DNA of 64,000 nt, from NCBI GenBank assembly GCA_024720975.1, contig JANJXX010000001.1:319408-383407 (forward strand), in the 5' to 3' direction. The notes beneath the pieces were generated by a model. That model did no database searches. It saw only the letters and a program-made list of their open reading frames with translations, and was not told where the DNA came from. Below, one piece after another: positions 28,277 to 38,014 of the stretch. The DNA is from Thermoproteota archaeon (GTDB taxonomy: Archaea; Asgardarchaeota; Njordarchaeia; Njordarchaeales; Panguiarchaeaceae). Position 1 is the first letter of the stretch. Each line of letters starts with the position of its first letter. A program made the translations under genes and the position numbers.

Positions 28277-28440
28277 TTAGGATCTTTCTATCTTTCCAAC
28301 TATAGGTCGACGTTCAAGGCCTGGTTAAACATTAGTGCACTATTGTGGAGACCAAGATACTTGCGCTCACACACTCCTAGTTTAAAGAAGTCATCTTTAT
28401 CTCGAGTGAATTTTATAAAGATGAGTTCGTCGGGAAGCTG

Positions 28441-29196
28441 GTGTTTTGCTTGGCCCTAAAATACACCTATTTCTGCCCTAGATGCGGAAAGCCAACACAA
28501 TATAACAAGGAGAGAAACGGTCTTTGCATTGACTGCTTCGTAGAACTTGAAAAGGCTGAATTAGAAAACGAAGACTTCAAGTTCGACGTTACAATATGCA
28601 TTGGTTGTGGAAGAATTAAACATGGTAACTTATGGCTAGAATTAAATAAGGAAGTCCTCAAAACAAGGTTGTATAGCTTAATTCATGGTACGAAGCTGAA
28701 ATTTTATGACTTTGAAGTAGAACTACCAACAAATATAGACTTATCATCAGCATATCAGTACGATAAGCTAGACATTATAGCAAATGTATCCGTTAGGGAC
28801 CAAAAAATCATAAGAAAGCAAATAACACTTAGGATAAATAAGGCCTTCTGTCCACTATGTTCCAAAAAGCAGAGCGGAAAATACTATGAAAGTGTTATTC
28901 ACATCAGGTTTCAGCGCGAAAGTCGATCCAAGCTTACGGAGGTTCTAAGTGAATTCATCAACACCACTACTACCAGATTGGAGAAACTGGAGACAATAGA
29001 TGTTAAGAAGGAAGGCGAGGGAATCGTAATTAGGCTTTCCAGTAGAAAGTTAGCTAAAGAGTTGCTATCGGCTTTGAACAGGAAATTCTCACTTGCTATC
29101 CTTCGTAAATATCGAACGCCAGTAACTGTTAACATCAACAATAGACAACAACTCATCAACATTGATGTCTTCATAATTAGGTTATTTCAAGCATAA
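28441..29196 (+). CDS. nmd3: Nmd3-family protein
   Basis: Four CxxC pairs (CPRC, CIDC, CIGC, CPLC) followed by YYESVIHIR. Confidence 0.85.
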   Translation: MFCLALKYTYFCPRCGKPTQYNKERNGLCIDCFVELEKAELENEDFKFDVTICIGCGRIKHGNLWLELNKEVLKTRLYSLIHGTKLKFYDFEVELPTNIDLSSAYQYDKLDIIANVSVRDQKIIRKQITLRINKAFCPLCSKKQSGKYYESVIHIRFQRESRSKLTEVLSEFINTTTTRLEKLETIDVKKEGEGIVIRLSSRKLAKELLSALNRKFSLAILRKYRTPVTVNINNRQQLINIDVFIIRLFQA

Positions 29197-29231
29197 GGTT
29201 GAGGGACTGCAGCGAAGATCATGATGTATTG

Positions 29232-29903
29232 TCACTCTAGAAAAGCATCAACTTGCGCAAGCCACTCATATAGCTTTTTAAGGGCCGATCTGATTTGATC
29301 TAAACCCTTAGCTCCGGTGCAGACAGCTCTGCCCGATCTAAACAGTAATAGCACTACTCTATGTATTGTGTCCTTGTATATGCATCCGGGAAATATCTCT
29401 GGCTCATATATCACGTTATAGCCGCCAGAAAGCGCTATAAGGTCCAGATTTAGCTTTCGTCCGAGGTCTGCACTAGCGACTATGTTCTGTATTTTAAGTC
29501 CAATATCGCTGGGTACTTCATATCCGCAGTGTTTTAAAATACTGATGAACCTATCAACTGCCTTCTTTAATTGTCCCTCCGAGCGCGTTCCTGTAACTAC
29601 GCAGTTACCTGAGGAGAATATAAGCATAGAAGCCTTGACATCAGGAAATCTCATCTTTAATATGAGTCCTGGGAATTCTTGAGGCGAGTGCCGAGCAATT
29701 AGGGGAAATTCCTCGGTTCTTTCATGCTCTTCTCGAAACTCGTATATTTTCTGCAACTCTGTCTGCATTTTTAGAAGATCTTTGTACAATTGCGGTAAAT
29801 TGAGTCTGATTCCTAGAATCAGCGAACCGACAATATTTTCAACTTTAAATTTGATTGATGGTTCTACAAATTCATATCCTGTTTCTTCTTCGGACACCCT
29901 CAT
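29232..29903 (-). CDS. tbp: TATA-box binding protein with an insertion in repeat 1
   Basis: Two repeats: ENIVGS...FPGL...LIFSSGNCVVTG and QNIVAS...YEPEIFPG...LLFRSGRAVCTG. Confidence 0.95.
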   Translation of the reverse strand: MRVSEEETGYEFVEPSIKFKVENIVGSLILGIRLNLPQLYKDLLKMQTELQKIYEFREEHERTEEFPLIARHSPQEFPGLILKMRFPDVKASMLIFSSGNCVVTGTRSEGQLKKAVDRFISILKHCGYEVPSDIGLKIQNIVASADLGRKLNLDLIALSGGYNVIYEPEIFPGCIYKDTIHRVVLLLFRSGRAVCTGAKGLDQIRSALKKLYEWLAQVDAFLE

Positions 29904-29998
29904 TCACCTTTATAAAAAGACAGATTTATAAACCTCTTATATTTAAACCAATATTAAACCTGCTGTATATATTCGAGTATTTTGTTAGACGCGGACAA

Positions 29999-31126
29999 TC
30001 ATGCGCTCGGAGTGTCCACGTCGGCTTCTCTCAGAAGGGAATCTTTTCCAAGTGGGCTTTTGAAAATCTCCTCACTATTGTTGAAATTACCCAATGGAAC
30101 GTCTATACCAGTTATCATGCAAAATACGCGTATCTTTGACTTATACTGTGGAAGTATTCTTAATCCAAATATTATTTCTTTATCCTCGCCCAGAGTTGTT
30201 GTAAATGTATTAACTATGTCATAGGATTCACTTAAAGTTAGGTCCTCTCCTCCTACAATCTCCATTAGGCAGGACTTTCCTAGCGCTGGATTAATATCTA
30301 ACAGCGGATTGTTCAATATCTTTTCAGCAACTTCCGTTGCACGCTTCTGGTCGGTTTTTTCTAAGGATGCAACACCAACAACGGCTATTCCCTTGTAAGA
30401 TAACACTTTACAAACGTCTGCAAAGTCTACATTAATCAAGCCAGGTTCGATTATTAGATCCTCTAGAGACTCCATTGACTGAACAAATAGGTCACCAGCT
30501 AAAGAGAATGCGCTGTGCATTGTTTGATGCGGAGCTACTTTTGCTAAACGTTCATTTGGAACAATTACTGTAACAGTTTGCATCCTCAAAATCTCACTTA
30601 AAGCCTCAAGCGCATTTCTAATACGCACACGCCCTTCGCACTTGAATGGTAAAGTGAGGAACGCTATTGATAATATACCCAGCTCACTAGTTAGCTCTAA
30701 TAGAGCCGGTGCTGCGCCTGAACCTGTTCCTCCCCCGAGTCCCGAGACAACAACCACTAAATCAGCATCAGAAATTAGCTTCTCCACTTGCTCTCGAGAT
30801 TCCTCAAAAGCTTTGCGACCTAGTATTGGGTCATTGCCAGCACCATAGCCCCGCGTTACTGTGCGCCCTATTAGAATACGCTGATGGGCTTTGCTTACAC
30901 TCAACTGGCTTGCATCTGTATTTATAGCTAATGTTTCAACGATTTTAGAACTGCGCATTCTTTCGAATAAAGCCGTGACAAAATTATTTCCAGCTCCTCC
31001 TATTCCAATAACCTTTATCTTGGGAAGTTGAAGAGGAGTACTATCCTCGATGATTTTAGGACTACTTTCCATGCTTTCAGAGACTGATTCCGCAGCTAAC
31101 TGAGCAATCAAGCTTTCTATATCCAT
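29999..31126 (-). CDS. ftsZ: Cell division protein FtsZ
   Basis: GIGGAGNN, NTD, GAGNDP, GLGGGTGSG, T7 loop INVDFADV. Confidence 0.95.
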   Translation of the reverse strand: MDIESLIAQLAAESVSESMESSPKIIEDSTPLQLPKIKVIGIGGAGNNFVTALFERMRSSKIVETLAINTDASQLSVSKAHQRILIGRTVTRGYGAGNDPILGRKAFEESREQVEKLISDADLVVVVSGLGGGTGSGAAPALLELTSELGILSIAFLTLPFKCEGRVRIRNALEALSEILRMQTVTVIVPNERLAKVAPHQTMHSAFSLAGDLFVQSMESLEDLIIEPGLINVDFADVCKVLSYKGIAVVGVASLEKTDQKRATEVAEKILNNPLLDINPALGKSCLMEIVGGEDLTLSESYDIVNTFTTTLGEDKEIIFGLRILPQYKSKIRVFCMITGIDVPLGNFNNSEEIFKSPLGKDSLLREADVDTPSA

Positions 31127-31218
31127 ATCTATCTCCTATGAGCTTAAAAGCAAGAGAATTATTAAGACGACGAGATATCTAGATAATACTTAGCTAACGC
31201 ATTACCAAGGTGTCATGA

Positions 31219-31668
31219 ATGAAGAAGGATTTCGAAATCATTGAAAAATATACAGCAGATGTAGCATTTATTGCATATGGCAGAGATCTAGAGGAATTAC
31301 TTATTAACAGTGCTCGGGCACTGACCGCGATCCAGGTTGACCTAAGAAATGTTGAACCAAAGGAATGCGTTGAAATATCTATCGAGGCGCAAAACCTACT
31401 AGGTTTCCTCAGGAAGTGGTTAGAAGAGTTCCTTTATTTGAGAGATGCGAGACGCTTATTTATTAGCAGGATCACGGATATTTCCATCAACATAAAGTTA
31501 TCCTCCCGAGAAGAGGACATTATCAGTGTGACAGCTAAAGTTTGTGGTGAAGAGTTCAATCCTCAAAAGCATGGAGGCTCCGTTGAGATAAAAGCCGTCT
31601 CATACCATGATATGGAAGTTGGTTTTAAAGATAATATGTGGTATGCGCATGTACTAGTTGACATCTAG
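31219..31668 (+). CDS. Archease
   Basis: YTADVAF...IKAVSYH...VLVDI. Confidence 0.92.
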   Translation: MKKDFEIIEKYTADVAFIAYGRDLEELLINSARALTAIQVDLRNVEPKECVEISIEAQNLLGFLRKWLEEFLYLRDARRLFISRITDISINIKLSSREEDIISVTAKVCGEEFNPQKHGGSVEIKAVSYHDMEVGFKDNMWYAHVLVDI

Positions 31669-32228
31669 TGATATTCTTGCAAGCCGAAGAAATTGCAATT
31701 GTCTTGGACACTTCTGCAGTAATAAGGGGCCTGACATTCATAGAGGGTCTGAATGGTGCTGATAAAGTTGTGCGAACAGAAAGAATATTTCTCTTCTTAC
31801 CGCATTCAGTTGTTGAGGAGACCAAATACGAGAGTACGAAAGTACAACTAAACCTACTTTCGGATAGGATTACTGTTATAAAAGCGGGAAGGAAATATCT
31901 GGATCAAGCCATGAAAATTGCAGCTAAAGTTGGACTTAAATCCGAGTTGTCCGAAACCGACTTAGAAGTTATAGCATTGGCTTTAGAACTTAAGGAGCGA
32001 TACAAAAGAGTCTATGTTGCTACTGACGACGCTAGGATTCAAAACGCCTGTGTTTTTTCAGGGATAGAAGTTATCGGATTCAAAAAGCGTATTAAGTATC
32101 TGCTGTTAAGGATTAAGAAGTGCTCAGTATGCGAATTTGAGTTTGACAGCGACACTAATGAATGCCCCAGCTGTGGTTCAGAAAAATTTAGATACATTGT
32201 AAGAAAGATAAAATTGCCATCTCACTGA
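31668..32228 (+). CDS. nob1: Nob1-family PIN endonuclease
   Basis: VLDTSA, LSETDLEVIALA, TDDARIQN, C-terminal zinc ribbon. Confidence 0.9.
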   Translation: MIFLQAEEIAIVLDTSAVIRGLTFIEGLNGADKVVRTERIFLFLPHSVVEETKYESTKVQLNLLSDRITVIKAGRKYLDQAMKIAAKVGLKSELSETDLEVIALALELKERYKRVYVATDDARIQNACVFSGIEVIGFKKRIKYLLLRIKKCSVCEFEFDSDTNECPSCGSEKFRYIVRKIKLPSH

Positions 32229-32530
32229 AGAATTTCGCATCTTGTATTAAGATAAAATTTTCCTCACGCTTCAAGACGTAAATCACTGTAAGCAACATAT
32301 GTAAGGAAGCTATCTTTGAGACGTTAAAATTGCCTCCAAGCGCAAATATGCAGTCATGTTGGTAAAGTTATGAGTAGCCTATCTGCTTAGGAATACAGCC
32401 ACAAATGAACAATCTGTATTATTTTTGTATATGACAGAGGCAACAATGTTGATAGCGAAAATATTGCAATTGAAGGCTAAAAACATTAAAATGACAGGCC
32501 AATTGATGCTCTGCCAATCTTACGACTAAT

Positions 32531-33388
32531 TTGCAGGTGATTATATTGCATGATAGCAACATCTTGCTGGTTGCATCAAAACAGGATCTTGCTAGCATGA
32601 ACATCTTAAATAATTTGATGGAGCTAATAGATTTTGAGCCAACGAATATAATCTTCCACGGCAATAGACTACTTTTTTCCAAGACTTTGAATGCGTACTT
32701 ACTGGTAATAGAGTGCGATTTGATAAGAGCAGATTTCTTAGACGAATTATCAGACGACTTCAATCGTCTTATATTTTTGTCAAAACATGCTTCAGAGAGC
32801 AAACTACCTAGCCTGCTCGTACATTTTCCTGGGAATTGGACGGCGGACAATAGCATGGGTGGAAGACCTGAAGAACTTTCAATAGCAGATCCTGAGGTTC
32901 TTAAGGAAGTTGCGGTGAGATTATATCAGTATAAACATGATGGACTCATACCAGAGATTTATACCATAGGCATTGAAGTCACCCACCACGGGCCAACAAT
33001 AGGTAAGGCCTGCACATTTATTGAAATCGGCAGCGACGCCGAAAGCTGGAAAGATCCGAATGCGGGACGAGTAATAGCTGAAATAATTATCGACTCTGTG
33101 AAAAATTTGAAAGATAAAAAAGGCACTGCAAAGCTAGGTCTTGGTGGTCCACATTATGGTCCTAAATTTTGGAGTATTTTGATCCATGAGAAGGAGATTC
33201 TAATGGGCCACATCGCACCGAAGTATGTTATAGATGACCTAAACAAGGACACTATTAGAAAAGCTGTAAGCAAATCATTGCTTCCAATAGATTGCGCTTT
33301 GATAGATTGGAAGGGTCTTACTAGCAAACAAAGAACTAAACTTGCGCAAATTCTAGCGGAGCTTGGTTTAATCTACAGACGCATATAA
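32531..33388 (+). CDS. dtdA: D-aminoacyl-tRNA deacylase (DTD2 type)
   Basis: SKHAS, VHFPGN, EVTHHGP, FIEIGS, GGPHY. Confidence 0.93.
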   Translation: MQVIILHDSNILLVASKQDLASMNILNNLMELIDFEPTNIIFHGNRLLFSKTLNAYLLVIECDLIRADFLDELSDDFNRLIFLSKHASESKLPSLLVHFPGNWTADNSMGGRPEELSIADPEVLKEVAVRLYQYKHDGLIPEIYTIGIEVTHHGPTIGKACTFIEIGSDAESWKDPNAGRVIAEIIIDSVKNLKDKKGTAKLGLGGPHYGPKFWSILIHEKEILMGHIAPKYVIDDLNKDTIRKAVSKSLLPIDCALIDWKGLTSKQRTKLAQILAELGLIYRRI

Positions 33389-33562
33389 CACCTCGCAATG
33401 TTCATAAATAGACAAGCAATAGAAAATGCCAAACTAAGTTTTATGAACACTTTTTATTCCGGTGAAATCCTACTTTGTAGTGTTAGTAAAATGATATTGG
33501 AGTGCATTTAATCTCTGTCCTTTTATTTTATATATTTTAGTAGACATTTGAAGGGGTGCAAA

Positions 33563-34363
33563 ATGAGCTTCATAGCAGTACTAGAGGATGTAAAAATCGC
33601 ACGAAGTCTCTTCAAAGGTGTTTCGAGTTTATTGTCGGAGGCTAATATGTACATTGATCACGATGGAATCCGAATTCAGGGTCTTGACGATAGCCGAGTA
33701 GCTATGCTATCGCTTAAAATGCCATCATCAGCTTTTCACACATTTGACTTCACACCACCCGAGGGCTCTGAAGCAATTCAAATTGGTCTAAATTTCTCGG
33801 ATGTAATAAAAGTAATGGCACATGCAAAAGCAAAAGATTCTGTTAAGTTTGCACTAGTGCAGGAGGAAAGACCCTACTTTGAGATGACATTCTTCAGAGG
33901 CAGCATGGAAGATATGACACAAGTGAGGATCTTTAAGCTGCCAACACTCGAAATCCCTGCTGAAACAATAACACTACGCGAGCTTGATCTTGATGTCACT
34001 GTGGAATTTGCTACAGGATCTTGGGTGGCCGAACTTGCTGCCAGTGCAGCAACAATCGCAGACGATTTACAAATTATTGCTAAAAAAGACGAGGAGAAGC
34101 TTATCTTTTATGCAGAAGGTGACCTAGGAAAGTTTGAGTTTCCTATACTGCTTCCTCGTGATGAAATGGTAACACGATATGAAATTGTGAAAAACGCTAA
34201 ATCCGTTTACTCCCTAGACTACCTTAGGAAAATGGGTATACCAGCAAAAATTGCTGATGGCGTATTACTAAGATTCTCTGAGAACATGCCAATGGAACTT
34301 ACTTATATCGTCGGGGGCGGCTTCGAAATAAAATACTTGCTAGCACCAAGGGTCATTGGATAA
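33563..34363 (+). CDS. pcn: DNA polymerase sliding clamp PCNA
   Basis: LDDSRVAML, YSLDYL, YLLAPRV. ATG 33563. Confidence 0.93.
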   Translation: MSFIAVLEDVKIARSLFKGVSSLLSEANMYIDHDGIRIQGLDDSRVAMLSLKMPSSAFHTFDFTPPEGSEAIQIGLNFSDVIKVMAHAKAKDSVKFALVQEERPYFEMTFFRGSMEDMTQVRIFKLPTLEIPAETITLRELDLDVTVEFATGSWVAELAASAATIADDLQIIAKKDEEKLIFYAEGDLGKFEFPILLPRDEMVTRYEIVKNAKSVYSLDYLRKMGIPAKIADGVLLRFSENMPMELTYIVGGGFEIKYLLAPRVIG

Positions 34364-34386
34364 AAATCAAACACAGGTTATTTGTC

Positions 34387-34809
34387 TTGCATGCAGCTAT
34401 AATCGCATTAGCAGCAGCAATAATCATTAATGGAATTCGTGTTTTTTCGGAGCTTCTCTTTGTAAATCCACACCAAGTTCGCGTGTTTAATCGCCTAATG
34501 AAGGAGTGGAGACAAAAAGCCCAAGAAGCAATCAAACGAGGGGATCCAAAACAGATGGAACGCATTAAACGAGAGAAGGCTAAAATAGACAGCCTGACAA
34601 TGGCTGTATCTAAAATGCGATTCAAATCAATGATGACGACACTAACTGCATCGCTGTTAGTATTTTTTGTAGCCATCCAGAGCCTTTCCGAAAGCCTTAT
34701 ACTGGTACCTTTACTTGGTGAAATAACAGCAGTTTGGTTTCTGATTCTTTGCTCATTCGCGTGGAGCTCTATTTTCAGCATAATCTTAAAGCTTAAAGGA
34801 TATGAGTAG
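34387..34809 (+). CDS. DUF106 / EMC3-TMCO1 (Oxa1 superfamily) membrane protein
   Basis: TM helix, coiled coil (AQEAIKRGDPKQMERIK), TM helix, WFLILCS. Lies upstream of rpl34e-cmk, as in the conserved locus. Confidence 0.85.
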   Translation: MHAAIIALAAAIIINGIRVFSELLFVNPHQVRVFNRLMKEWRQKAQEAIKRGDPKQMERIKREKAKIDSLTMAVSKMRFKSMMTTLTASLLVFFVAIQSLSESLILVPLLGEITAVWFLILCSFAWSSIFSIILKLKGYE

Positions 34810-34883
34810 ATCCGGCTCTCTGACGTTTTTTAAAAAATGTAAACATGGGATTATATTTGTACGCTCATCTTTAGTACTTTAAC

Positions 34884-35174
34884 GTGATTCACATGCCTGC
34901 GCCTAGATATAGATCGCGCTCCCTCAGAAGACGAAACATAAGAACGCCAGGGGGTAGACTTGTTGTGCATTACAAGAAAAAAATCAAAGGAAAAGCACAC
35001 TGTGCCATATGCGGTAAAGAGTTGTCTGGCGTTCCTAGAGAGGCCAAAGAACACCCTAAGTCATCACGACGACCTGAGCGCCCATATGGAGGCTTTCTTT
35101 GTTCAAGTTGTTTACAAAGGTACCTAACAAGAGCCACTATAGGAAAGTTTGCTCCGAGAATTTATTCAACATAA
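34884..35174 (+). CDS. rpl34e: 50S ribosomal protein eL34
   Basis: RTPGGRLVVHY, CAICG, RPERPYGG. Confidence 0.96.
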   Translation: MIHMPAPRYRSRSLRRRNIRTPGGRLVVHYKKKIKGKAHCAICGKELSGVPREAKEHPKSSRRPERPYGGFLCSSCLQRYLTRATIGKFAPRIYST

Positions 35175-35191
35175 TTTGAGGTTCAAATTAC

Positions 35192-35785
35192 ATGGAATCT
35201 CAAACTAGAAGCAAAAAAATAGTGATCTTATTCTCCGGACCGCACGCTTCCGGTAAGACTACCGTAGCAAAAGCGATCTCTGAGAAATTAGGCTTGAGGT
35301 ATTTTTCGACCGGGGAGCTGTTTCGAAAAAAAGCTAAAGAGCTCGGAATGAGTTTAATTGAGTTTACAAAATACGTTGATGAGCACCCAGAGGTAGACTA
35401 TGAGATAGACTCAATTGCAAAAGAGGAAATTAAAAAGGGAGACGTTGTACTCGATTCCCAACTTGCCTACTTCTTTGCGAAGGAGATAAACGATCCTGAT
35501 ATAATTAAGATAAGTATCATGCTACATGCACCACTTAAAACACGAATAGAAAGACTCATGGAAAGAGAAAACTTGACTTATGATGAGGCAGCTAAGGAGC
35601 TCTCGGTGAGAGAGAAAAGAGAATACACTCGATTTAAACGGCTGTATAATGTTGATCTTTGGAGACCCGATGATTTTGATGTAATCGTAAACACGTCAAA
35701 TATGGATAAAAACTCGGTTATCGACTTATGCCTAGCCATTGTGGAAAAACTTATTAAATGTAGAGAGGAACCAGGCGAGAAATAA
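35192..35785 (+). CDS. cmk: Cytidylate kinase (archaeal)
   Basis: SGPHASGKTT, GELFR, follows rpl34e. Confidence 0.9.
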   Translation: MESQTRSKKIVILFSGPHASGKTTVAKAISEKLGLRYFSTGELFRKKAKELGMSLIEFTKYVDEHPEVDYEIDSIAKEEIKKGDVVLDSQLAYFFAKEINDPDIIKISIMLHAPLKTRIERLMERENLTYDEAAKELSVREKREYTRFKRLYNVDLWRPDDFDVIVNTSNMDKNSVIDLCLAIVEKLIKCREEPGEK

Positions 35786-35798
35786 ATACAGGAACTAT

Positions 35799-36092
35799 TT
35801 AGAGGTATTCGCGTGGAATTCTGATAGGTTCTTTCATAAAGTTCTCTAAATTATGTTCTTTAATCGCTTTTAGAACGCTCTCATCACTTGCCCCTCGATC
35901 GATTGTAACCCTAATATTTAGTGGTATTAAATGATCAATGTTCATTCGCCTTCGCTTTACGCCGTTCAGTAGGGGCGGTCCTGTTATCAATACGAAGTTT
36001 TCATCGATTATATCGACAACAATTGCTTTTTTACCTGCGCGTCTTCCCCTTGATATAACGCAGCAGCGACCAATATCAAAGAGCCTAGGCAT
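35799..36092 (-). CDS. rpl14e: 50S ribosomal protein eL14
   Basis: DIGR...GRRAGKK...[12 protein letters not shown]...[15 protein letters not shown] 36092. Confidence 0.95.
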   Translation of the reverse strand: MPRLFDIGRCCVISRGRRAGKKAIVVDIIDENFVLITGPPLLNGVKRRRMNIDHLIPLNIRVTIDRGASDESVLKAIKEHNLENFMKEPIRIPREYL

Positions 36093-36216
36093 GTACCTTC
36101 CACCAGCAGCAACCTGCTGATTTAGCAACTTAAAATTCGCAAATGAATCTCAATTTTTCAATAATTAAAAAATAGTAGTTGTTGCATTATCGACTTACAT
36201 AAAAGTGCAAAAGCAA

Positions 36217-36303
36217 TTTTGTATGGCCCGGCGGACTAACACCTGCTGGTCCTTGCGCGCTATTCCAGCTTACGCTCCCAGAGGCTCTCTCAGCCGGGCC
36301 TAC
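36217..36303 (-). ncRNA. H/ACA-type pseudouridylation guide sRNA with K-turn
   Basis: Basal stem GGCCCGGC/GCCGGGCC, internal pocket, upper stem CCT-CTGG/CCAG-C-AGG, K-turn CUGG-GA-GCG/CGC-AAG-GA-CCAG, 3' AUACA. TATA-like TTAATTAA lies about 25 nt upstream. Confidence 0.72.
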
Positions 36304-36360
36304 AAAATAAGAAACTTTTGAAATTAATTAACTATGAATTTTAGGTTGATGGGAGACTTC

Positions 36361-36909
36361 ATGAACAAAGTATACGTTTTAAGACTTGGCCATAGAGTCT
36401 CCCGCGATAAACGCATAACAACACACGTATGTTTAGTAGCCAGAGCCTTCGGCGCTAGTGGCTGCTTTATTACAGGTGATTTTGATCCAGGCGTAATTAG
36501 AACCATTGATAATGTATGCAAAAGGTGGGGCGGAAGAGAGTTTGAATGTACATATGTAGAATCCTGGCGGAGTTTTTTAAAGGACCTGAGAAAAAACGAA
36601 CAAAACATCATAGTTCATTTAACGATGTACGGTTTGAATTTACCTCAAGTAATAGATGACATCAGAGCGGCTTATGCCGCTGGAAGAAATATTATTATAG
36701 TGGTAGGATCGGAGAAGGTCCCTCGCGAAGTATACGAACTTAGTAACTTTAATGTCGCTATAGGCAATCAACCGCATTCTGAAGTAGCTGCTCTAGCAGT
36801 GTTCTTAGATTGGCTCTTCGAGGGAAAAGAACTTAGCTTGCGTTTCTCGGATGCTAACCTAGTGGTAATACCACAAGCTAGGGGAAAGAAAGTTGTCCGA
36901 GTCTCCTAG
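36361..36909 (+). CDS. trm56: tRNA (cytidine56-2'-O)-methyltransferase aTrm56
   Basis: VLRLGHR...RDKRITTHV, VHLTMYG, GSEKVP, NQPHSEVAALA. Confidence 0.96.
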   Translation: MNKVYVLRLGHRVSRDKRITTHVCLVARAFGASGCFITGDFDPGVIRTIDNVCKRWGGREFECTYVESWRSFLKDLRKNEQNIIVHLTMYGLNLPQVIDDIRAAYAAGRNIIIVVGSEKVPREVYELSNFNVAIGNQPHSEVAALAVFLDWLFEGKELSLRFSDANLVVIPQARGKKVVRVS

Positions 36910-36935
36910 TTTCGAGCACTTTTAGAAAGTAGACA

Positions 36936-38009
36936 TTAAGAACTTCTCAATCTCGCGCGAGCTGCGAAGTCAAGTCCAAGTTTATTCTCGAGTAATATCC
37001 TAGTCAATCTCTTTATTGTCTTCAATTCGTCGTTCTTAGGGACTGTGTTAAGATCAACTACATCAAGCACTCTGAGAAGTTCGGAGCGATATATAAGGTC
37101 TTGAGGAATTCGATCTATTTGCCGCAGTAATAACTCAAGGGCTTTGATTTTGACTCTTGAATTTTTCTCTCTCAGTAGTATCTGCTTCCCAATTATGTCT
37201 AAATACGCATCGGCCAGTCTGGGGTCTATAGAAAGTATTGCATCAACTACATCGAGTGCTGCCATTCTTATTGCAGCTTTCTCAGATCGGAGCTTTTTTC
37301 TGAGCATCATAATTGTATCGTTTTCTAACTGCACTTTGCGATCCCTTATGAGCACTGCTAAGTTTCTGAGCGCTTCTTCAAGAACAAGATGCGATTCATC
37401 AGAAAGTGCATTTATTGTTGATTTCCTGAGAAATTCGGCTGCGGCTTCCGGATATTTAGTATAAATTTCACGCGAGTACCTTAGAGCATCTCTTTTAACC
37501 AATGGCGGTAGATCAGAGATAACTTCGCTAATAGCATTTATTGTCGGACCTACCTTATCCTCGCACTGAATAGCAATCTGACTCAACAACAATATTGAGC
37601 CGTGCTTTATATCTCCATTAGGATGTTTGATTGTCTCAACACCAATCTTAAAGATTTCATCTGTATTATCAACAACTCCCTTGTTGATGATCCTTGAAAT
37701 GCCGCGTAACACATTTCCAAGTACATTTGGGTGCTCCTCTTTTTTTAAGCAATCAAGTAGTATTGTATGGATTTCTTTCCTGAGACTATCCTCCACAATA
37801 GCAATATCAGCAATGACATTTACTGCAACAGCCCTTATTTTCCAATCTTCGTCACTCAACGCCTTCTTTGCTTCTTCAAACAATTTTTTCCTGTCATATT
37901 TTCCCTGGATGGCATACTTTCCTAGAAGTTTCAAGGCTTTTCTCCGTCTACCAACGTATGGTGAATTAAGCCAGGCCTCCAAATACTTGATTATCACTTT
38001 AGCCACCAT
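36936..38009 (-). CDS. HEAT-repeat (alpha-solenoid) protein
   Basis: Repeated units such as ALSDEDWKIRAVAV, LSDESHLVLEEAL and LRSEKAAIRMAAL. Confidence 0.8.
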   Translation of the reverse strand: MVAKVIIKYLEAWLNSPYVGRRRKALKLLGKYAIQGKYDRKKLFEEAKKALSDEDWKIRAVAVNVIADIAIVEDSLRKEIHTILLDCLKKEEHPNVLGNVLRGISRIINKGVVDNTDEIFKIGVETIKHPNGDIKHGSILLLSQIAIQCEDKVGPTINAISEVISDLPPLVKRDALRYSREIYTKYPEAAAEFLRKSTINALSDESHLVLEEALRNLAVLIRDRKVQLENDTIMMLRKKLRSEKAAIRMAALDVVDAILSIDPRLADAYLDIIGKQILLREKNSRVKIKALELLLRQIDRIPQDLIYRSELLRVLDVVDLNTVPKNDELKTIKRLTRILLENKLGLDFAARARLRSS

Positions 38010-38014
38010 GGTTA

